A DNA stretch of 57,888 nucleotides from an uncultured Dictyoglomota bacterium (lineage in GTDB: Bacteria > Dictyoglomota > Dictyoglomia > Dictyoglomales > Dictyoglomaceae): NCBI GenBank assembly GCA_964654465.1, contig CAZZIO010000015.1, positions 1 through 57,888 on the forward strand, written 5' to 3'. Shown here piece by piece: positions 52,155 through 57,888 of this stretch. The stretch's first letter is position 1. Each line of letters opens with the position of its first letter. The notes beneath the pieces were generated by a model, which saw nothing but the letters and a program-made list of their open reading frames with translations, did no database searches and was not told where the DNA came from. Both the position numbers and the translations under genes were made by a program.

Positions 52155-53024
52155 CTATACCTCTCCTTCTTTTTGAATTTCCTTAAAAGCTATTATACCC
52201 CATGATCCTGGACCTATATGTGAAAGAATAGTACAACTAAAAGATCCTATATAAAAATCAGTAATTCTAAATATTTTCTTTACTTCTTCTGCGACTTCTA
52301 AGACTTCTTCATAATTATCAGAATAAGCTATAGCTATTTTTACAGGAACATCCCCCACTCTTTCCTTAATTATTTCTATAATTCTTGATTTCACTTTTTG
52401 TTTTGTCCTAACCCTTTCAACTGGCTCTATTGCTCCATCTCTAAGCTCCAAAATAGGCTTTATCTGTAACAAACTTCCCATCCATGCTTGGGCTGCGCCT
52501 ATTCTTCCTCCCCTATAAAGGTATTCCAAAGTATCTACTGTGAATTTTACTTCGGAATTTCTGAACATAATCTCCGGAATATTCAAAATCTCATTTATAC
52601 TTGCTCCCTTTTCTATGGTCTTAGCCAACTCTATAACTACAACACCAAGAGCAAGTTCTGTAAGTTTTGAATCAATCACATATATTTTATCACCGTAAGG
52701 TAAAAGCTCTTTTGCAGCATTTGCAGACCCAATAGTTCCACTTAATTTAGAAGAAATATGTATAGATATAATCCCCTCTAAATCTGGATTCTTCTCAAAT
52801 ATATTTTTGTATGCATTATAGAAATCTTCCACAGAAGGCTGAGAAGTTTTCGGGAATATATTGGTTTCTCTTGCCTTTTTAAAGAAAATTTCAGGCGTTA
52901 TATCTATACCATCTCTATACACTTCTTCCTCAAAAGCAACCTTTAGCGGTACGACTGTTATATCATATCTTTCTACATATTCTTTTGGAAGAGCAGCTGT
53001 ACTATCAGTTACAATTTTAAACAT
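52155..53024 (-). CDS. DegV family fatty acid-binding protein
   Basis: IVTDST, PKTSQPS, ISSKLSGT, LYRGGRIG, HIGPG. Confidence 0.93.
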   Translation of the reverse strand: MFKIVTDSTAALPKEYVERYDITVVPLKVAFEEEVYRDGIDITPEIFFKKARETNIFPKTSQPSVEDFYNAYKNIFEKNPDLEGIISIHISSKLSGTIGSANAAKELLPYGDKIYVIDSKLTELALGVVVIELAKTIEKGASINEILNIPEIMFRNSEVKFTVDTLEYLYRGGRIGAAQAWMGSLLQIKPILELRDGAIEPVERVRTKQKVKSRIIEIIKERVGDVPVKIAIAYSDNYEEVLEVAEEVKKIFRITDFYIGSFSCTILSHIGPGSWGIIAFKEIQKEGEV

Positions 53025-53046
53025 ATTTTCCCCCCTAAATTTATTT

Positions 53047-53664
53047 TTAAGATCCCTCAGTCTCTTCAGAAACAGTAGTTTCCTCTGTATACCTTTGTGG
53101 GGTTACTATGGCAACTATAACATCATCAAGAGGAGTTAATACCTTAATTTTATCAGGGATATTTAAATCCCTCACAGTAATCGCATCTCCAATATCCAAA
53201 TCCGAAATATCTACTTCTATATTGGTAGGTATATCAAGAGGTAAAGCCCTAACTAAAATTTCTTCCACTCCATGTTGTAACAACCCACCCTGTTTAACTC
53301 CTTTTGGCTCTCCTTTAAGAACCACAGGCACATAAACATCTACTACTTCTTCCAATGTTACAGCATGAAAATCTACATGTATTGGTTCATCTGTTAATGG
53401 ATCAATTTGTATATCTTGAAGTAAAGCAGTCTCAGTAACACTGTTATTACCATCTTCTACTATTATTTTAAGTATATGCTGTTCTTTTGAATGCCCTCTT
53501 TTAATTAGATCCCACAATGCCTTTCTTTCTATCAATATATGAACATTTTCCTTCAAGTGTACCCCATACATTACACCTGGTACCAACCCCATTCTTCTAT
53601 ATTTTTTTGCAGATTCTTTTCCTAATTTCTCTCTTTTTTTGACTTTTATTTCAACCACATCCAT
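53047..53664 (-). CDS. rplY: 50S ribosomal protein L25/Ctc (start ATG 53664)
   Basis: VPGVMYG, HVDF, GVKQGG; SD AGGAGG; follows prs. Confidence 0.93.
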   Translation of the reverse strand: MDVVEIKVKKREKLGKESAKKYRRMGLVPGVMYGVHLKENVHILIERKALWDLIKRGHSKEQHILKIIVEDGNNSVTETALLQDIQIDPLTDEPIHVDFHAVTLEEVVDVYVPVVLKGEPKGVKQGGLLQHGVEEILVRALPLDIPTNIEVDISDLDIGDAITVRDLNIPDKIKVLTPLDDVIVAIVTPQRYTEETTVSEETEGS

Positions 53665-53704
53665 TTTCTTAAACCTCCTTAAATCAATTTTTTTAATCAA
53701 TTTT

Positions 53705-54646
53705 TTAGTCAAATAATGAACTTAAGGAATCCTTATTTGAGATCCTTTTAATAGCTTCTCCTAAAAGATTACCTACTGATATTATAGTAAGCCTTGGGAC
53801 CCTCTTTTCTACAGGAATTGGTATTGTGTTAGTTACTACTAATTCCTTTATCTCAGATTCTTCTAATCTCTTATGGGCATCATTTGTTAAGATACCATGC
53901 GTAACAGCTGCATAAATATCTCTTGCACCTCTTTCTCTTAAAAGCTTTGCCGCTGAAAAAAGAGTATTCCCTGTTGTAATTATATCATCACATATAATAA
54001 CATCTCTTTCTATAACATCTCCAATTATTTCCTCAACCTCTGCCACCTCTGGAGCTGGTCTTCTTTTATAAATTATAGCAAGAGGAGTATGTAATCTTTC
54101 TGCTAAAGCTCTTGCTCTTGTAACACCTCCAATATCAGGTGATATAACAACAGGATTTTTAAGATTTTTATCCTGAAAATACCTTGAAAAAAGAGGTAAA
54201 GCTGTTAAATTATCAACAGGAATATCAAAAAACCCCTGAATCTGACCAGCATGAAGGTCCATAGTTACAACCCTTGAAGCCCCAGCAACTGTAAGAATAT
54301 TAGCTATAAGCTTAGCAGAAATAGGCTCTCGAGATTTAGTTTTTCTATCCTGTCTTGCATAAGCATAATATGGAATTACAGCTGTAACCTCATCTGCAGA
54401 TGCCCTTTTTAAAGCATCAATTATTACTAAAAGTTCCATAAAGTATTCATTCACTCTGCTACCAAGAGACTGAATTACATATACTTCTGCTCCTCTTACA
54501 CTTTTTGAAATCCTTGCATATATCTCACCATCTGAAAATCTTCTTATTTCAATTTCTCCAAGCTCAATACCTAAATATTTAGCTACTTCTTCAGCAAGTT
54601 CCCTATTAGAGGTCCCACTATACAAAGCTAAACATTTATGTGCCAT
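53705..54646 (-). CDS. prs: Ribose-phosphate pyrophosphokinase
   Basis: FSDGE, YARQDRK, DLHAGQIQGFF, SPDIGG, DDIITTG. Confidence 0.97.
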   Translation of the reverse strand: MAHKCLALYSGTSNRELAEEVAKYLGIELGEIEIRRFSDGEIYARISKSVRGAEVYVIQSLGSRVNEYFMELLVIIDALKRASADEVTAVIPYYAYARQDRKTKSREPISAKLIANILTVAGASRVVTMDLHAGQIQGFFDIPVDNLTALPLFSRYFQDKNLKNPVVISPDIGGVTRARALAERLHTPLAIIYKRRPAPEVAEVEEIIGDVIERDVIICDDIITTGNTLFSAAKLLRERGARDIYAAVTHGILTNDAHKRLEESEIKELVVTNTIPIPVEKRVPRLTIISVGNLLGEAIKRISNKDSLSSLFD

Positions 54647-54648
54647 AC

Positions 54649-55563
54649 TTACTCTCCTTTAACTCTTTTATTTATATTTATATATGAGTAAGGCCCAATT
54701 ATTGCTCCCTTTTTAAGATTAATATCTCCAAATATGAAAGAAAAAGGATATACAATAACATCATGCTCTATATTAGTTTTTTTTCCTATTACAACGTTCT
54801 CCGGTTCTATCATAATAACACCATTTTCCATATGTTTTTTATTTATTTTATTCTTTAATATTTTTCTTAAAAATGCAAGCTCTTCCTGAGTGTTAGCTCC
54901 TAACACCTCTTCCTTATTTACATGAAAAACACCAACTTTTTTGCCTTTTTTAACAAAATATCTAATCGCATCAGTTAAATAAAATTCTCCTTGAGCATTA
55001 TTGTTAGATAAAAGTGGTAAAATTTCTTTAAGATACATCCATTTAAAAACATAAATAGATGTATTAATCTCCTTGATATTCTTTTCTTCTTCATCTGCAT
55101 CTTTTTCTTCTACAATTTTCAAAACATTACCATTAAAATCACGTACAACTCTTCCATATCCTTTAGGATCTTCTAAAAAAGTAGTTACTAAGGTACAATC
55201 ATTATTTTTTTCTATATGTTCCCTACACAAATCTCTTATCGTATTTTCTTCCACTAAAGGTACATCTCCTGGAAATATTACCAGATTACCACTAAAATTA
55301 CCAAGTTTTTCTTCAGCCCTTTTTATTGCGTCACCTGTACCTAAAGGAACATCTTGAACCACCATGTGATCATTATCAGAAATTAATGCTTTTATTTTGG
55401 GGCTCACAACTAATATATAATTTTCACCAAAAACCGACTTTATTGTATCAAGTAAAAAATCTAAAAGATTAGATTCATAGAGGGGATGAAGAACCTTTGG
55501 AAGCTCAGTTCTCATCCTTTTACCTTGTCCTGCTGCTAAAATTATAGCCTTAAATCCATTCAT
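54649..55563 (-). CDS. glmU: GlmU-like UDP-GlcNAc pyrophosphorylase with truncated acetyltransferase domain
   Basis: ILAAGQGKRM, PKVLH, LGTGDA, GDVP, GYGR, IVEEKD, NAQGEFYLTD; only 304 aa. Confidence 0.88.
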   Translation of the reverse strand: MNGFKAIILAAGQGKRMRTELPKVLHPLYESNLLDFLLDTIKSVFGENYILVVSPKIKALISDNDHMVVQDVPLGTGDAIKRAEEKLGNFSGNLVIFPGDVPLVEENTIRDLCREHIEKNNDCTLVTTFLEDPKGYGRVVRDFNGNVLKIVEEKDADEEEKNIKEINTSIYVFKWMYLKEILPLLSNNNAQGEFYLTDAIRYFVKKGKKVGVFHVNKEEVLGANTQEELAFLRKILKNKINKKHMENGVIMIEPENVVIGKKTNIEHDVIVYPFSFIFGDINLKKGAIIGPYSYININKRVKGE

Positions 55564-55590
55564 GCTTAGGTGAATTTTTATAATAAAAAT

Positions 55591-55666
55591 TGGCTGGGGA
55601 GGCTGGATTCGAACCAGCGAATGGCGGATCCAAAGTCCGCTGCCTTACCAGCTTGGCTACTCCCCA
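55591..55666 (-). tRNA. tRNA-Gln(TTG)
   Basis: TGGGGAG/CTCCCCA acceptor stem; anticodon arm GCGGA-CT TTG GA-TCCGC; GGTTCGAATCC; encoded CCA. Confidence 0.97.
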
Positions 55667-55677
55667 GTGCCAAAATA

Positions 55678-55706
55678 ATTATATATTATAGTGAAAAAGA
55701 GGTCAA
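55678..55706 (-). promoter_or_regulatory. Sigma70 promoter for tRNA-Gln-glmU-prs
   Basis: TTGACC (55706-55701), 17 nt, TATAAT (55683-55678). Confidence 0.75.
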
Positions 55707-55729
55707 TAAATGATAAAATAATTTTCAAA

Positions 55730-57727
55730 ATGAAAGTCAGGATTAATACAAACTTTAAAAATTTAAGAAAAGTCTATAAAAATCTGATTGAAAAATCAAA
55801 ACACAATATAGTTTATCCTCTATTATTATTTATAATTATCGACCTTTTAATCCTCTTAATTGATTTTATTATTACCCCACCTTTAAAAATAGGAGATATA
55901 GCCCCTAAAAATATAGAAGCACCAAGAACTATAATATATAAAGATGAAGAGGAAACAGAAAGAATAAAAAATCTCCTTCTTTCTCAATTCAAACCAGTTT
56001 ATACTATTGACCAAAATATTATTTTACAGAATATTAGCAAGCTATCAGAATTAATGATAGTTACAGAAGAATCTTCAAATATAACTAAGTATTTTTCTTC
56101 TCTTCCCTCATCAAGAATTAACCTAATTAAAAAGAAAATAGAGAAATGGTTAATAGAAAATTATACAAAAGGGATTAAACCAGAAGAGACTGATGAGGTA
56201 AAACAAAAATTTATAAATTTCCTAATAGATGAAATTTATATACCAGCCCAAATAGCCCAAGAACTTTCAGAAATACTGATAGTTCCTAACATGTTTATAA
56301 ATGAAAAAGAGACGGAAACAAAAAAACAAGAACTATTAAAGTCCATTAAACCTATAGAAAGACTAATTACAAAAGGTGAAATTATTGTTAGAAAGAGTGA
56401 AAAAATAACAAGAGATAAATTTATAATTTTAGAGGCCTTAGGCTATACCCTTTCTCAAAAAAACATATTAAGACTTATAAGTCTTTTTTTAACTTTATCA
56501 GCCCTCCAATTATCCATTACCATTTTTACGAGAAAATATTTAATAATAGAAAAAAACTTAAATATTTTTCTATTGATGAATTTTTTATTTACTCTATCAA
56601 TACTTTCATCTAAGATTTTCTCTTTCTATTCTCCCTACTTAAATCCTTTAACTTCATATTTATTCATTTCTACAGTTTTATTAGATTTTCCATTATCTTA
56701 TATTGTTTCTCTAACAATAATAGTAAGCTCTTCTATTTTCTCCTTTTCTTATACTATCCCTATTTTATTGTTCTTTGATTTTCTTATCATAAATAACAAA
56801 ATTAAAGAATTAGAAAACAGATCAGATTATGTAAAGATTGGTTCTCTTATATCACTAATTAGAATACCCTTTATTGTTTTTGGCAAGCTTGTTTTTAACG
56901 AGTCAGATTTGACATATACAAACATGATTTATTCATTTATTAACCCTACCTTATCAGCTATTCTTTCAGTGGGAATAATTCCTCCCATAGAAGAATTATT
57001 TAGAGTAGCTACACCATTAAAATTATTAGAAATGACAAATCCAGATCATCCCCTTCTAAGAAAACTCCTTATGGAAGCACCAGGTACTTATTATCACAGT
57101 TTAATTGTAGGAAACTTAGCAGAAAGAGCAGCTAAAGAAGCTGGAGCAAATGAGAGAATAACAAGAACTGCAGCCTTATATCACGACATAGGCAAAGTAA
57201 AAAGACCTCAATATTTCATAGAAAACCTTCTTCCAGGCCAAAATAATCCTCATGAAAATTTATCTCCCTATATAAGTGCTCTTATTATCAAATCACATCC
57301 AAAAAATGGAGCGATAATTTTAAATAATTATAAGTTTCCCAAAAACATTATAGATATTGTTGAGCAACATCATGGTACAAGCCTCATTAACTATTTTTAC
57401 AATAAGCAATTACAGATTTCTAAGAAATATGTACCTGAGGATGATTTTAGATATCCTGGCCCAAAACCCGAATCTAAAGAAGCAGCTATAGTGATGTTGG
57501 CAGATAGCATAGAAGCAGCCACAAGAACCATTACTAATATTACTCCAGAAACTATAGAAAAAGTAATAAGAGAAGTAATTAGAGAAAAACTTATAGATGG
57601 ACAATTAGAAAACAGTAAACTAACCTTAGAAGAATTAGAAAAAATTGCTCAGAGTTTTATAAAAACAATTATTGAGCTAAGACACCCAAGGATACCATAT
57701 CCAAGTTTTAAACTTAAGGAAGAATAA
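55730..57727 (+). CDS. pgpH: 7TM-HD cyclic-di-AMP phosphodiesterase (start probably ATG 55730)
   Basis: Extracytoplasmic domain, TM bundle, EAPGTYYHS, YHDIGK, FIEN, HHGT, FRYPGPKP, MLADSIEAA. Confidence 0.9.
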   Translation: MKVRINTNFKNLRKVYKNLIEKSKHNIVYPLLLFIIIDLLILLIDFIITPPLKIGDIAPKNIEAPRTIIYKDEEETERIKNLLLSQFKPVYTIDQNIILQNISKLSELMIVTEESSNITKYFSSLPSSRINLIKKKIEKWLIENYTKGIKPEETDEVKQKFINFLIDEIYIPAQIAQELSEILIVPNMFINEKETETKKQELLKSIKPIERLITKGEIIVRKSEKITRDKFIILEALGYTLSQKNILRLISLFLTLSALQLSITIFTRKYLIIEKNLNIFLLMNFLFTLSILSSKIFSFYSPYLNPLTSYLFISTVLLDFPLSYIVSLTIIVSSSIFSFSYTIPILLFFDFLIINNKIKELENRSDYVKIGSLISLIRIPFIVFGKLVFNESDLTYTNMIYSFINPTLSAILSVGIIPPIEELFRVATPLKLLEMTNPDHPLLRKLLMEAPGTYYHSLIVGNLAERAAKEAGANERITRTAALYHDIGKVKRPQYFIENLLPGQNNPHENLSPYISALIIKSHPKNGAIILNNYKFPKNIIDIVEQHHGTSLINYFYNKQLQISKKYVPEDDFRYPGPKPESKEAAIVMLADSIEAATRTITNITPETIEKVIREVIREKLIDGQLENSKLTLEELEKIAQSFIKTIIELRHPRIPYPSFKLKEE

Positions 57728-57753
57728 AAAAAATCAACAAAAAAAAAGAGGCT

Positions 57754-57871
57754 CTCTGGCGATGACCTACTCTCCCACCCCGTTGCCAGGGCAGTACCAT
57801 CGGCGCTGGAGGGCTTAGCTTCCGTGTTCGGAATGGGAACGGGCGTTTCCCCTCCGCTCTAATCACCAGTA
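57754..57871 (-). rRNA. rrf: 5S ribosomal RNA (ends approximate)
   Basis: Reverse complement CTGGTGATTAGAGCGGAGGGGAAACGCCCGTTCCCATTCCGAACACGGAAGCTAAG...GGGAGAGTAGGTCATCGCCAG; helix I closes. Confidence 0.96.
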
Positions 57872-57888
57872 GCCTCCTCTTCCTTCAT

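Overview
AT-rich, densely packed core-genome region of a thermophilic diderm bacterium, most likely Dictyoglomus-like (the GH13 protein resembles D. thermophilum AmyB as I recall it; not database-checked). Almost everything from 55666 to 1771 lies on the minus strand in overlapping operon-like runs. In transcription order: tRNA-Gln, short glmU, prs, rplY, degV, AAA-R3H, tmk, darA, holB, ricT, nuclease-like ORF, rarA, deacetylase; (amyB on +); kinase, rseP, ispG, rny, ymdB, spoVS; rpmE, thyX, tdk, DUF1385, prfA, prmC, sua5, ywlE, rpiB, glyA, upp, murA. These run directly into a ~20 kb outer-membrane/lipid A cluster (split tamB, 8-POTRA bamA, second Omp85, two skp, lpxD, lpxC, fabZ, lpxA, lpxB, an LpxB-like paralogue, msbA, gnnA-like, TPR, lptB, DUF3084), then proS, dut, EF-G2, DUF951 and proB. 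Also present: tRNA-Ala(CGC), an ABC ATPase/TolC pair, pgpH and a 5S rRNA. No mobile elements or CRISPR were seen. Main points of interest: an apparently non-canonical lipid A module, tamB split exactly at a T9 tract, RNase Y apparently starting at ATT, a probably leaderless and operator-overlapped lptB promoter, and a GlmU lacking most of its acetyltransferase domain.
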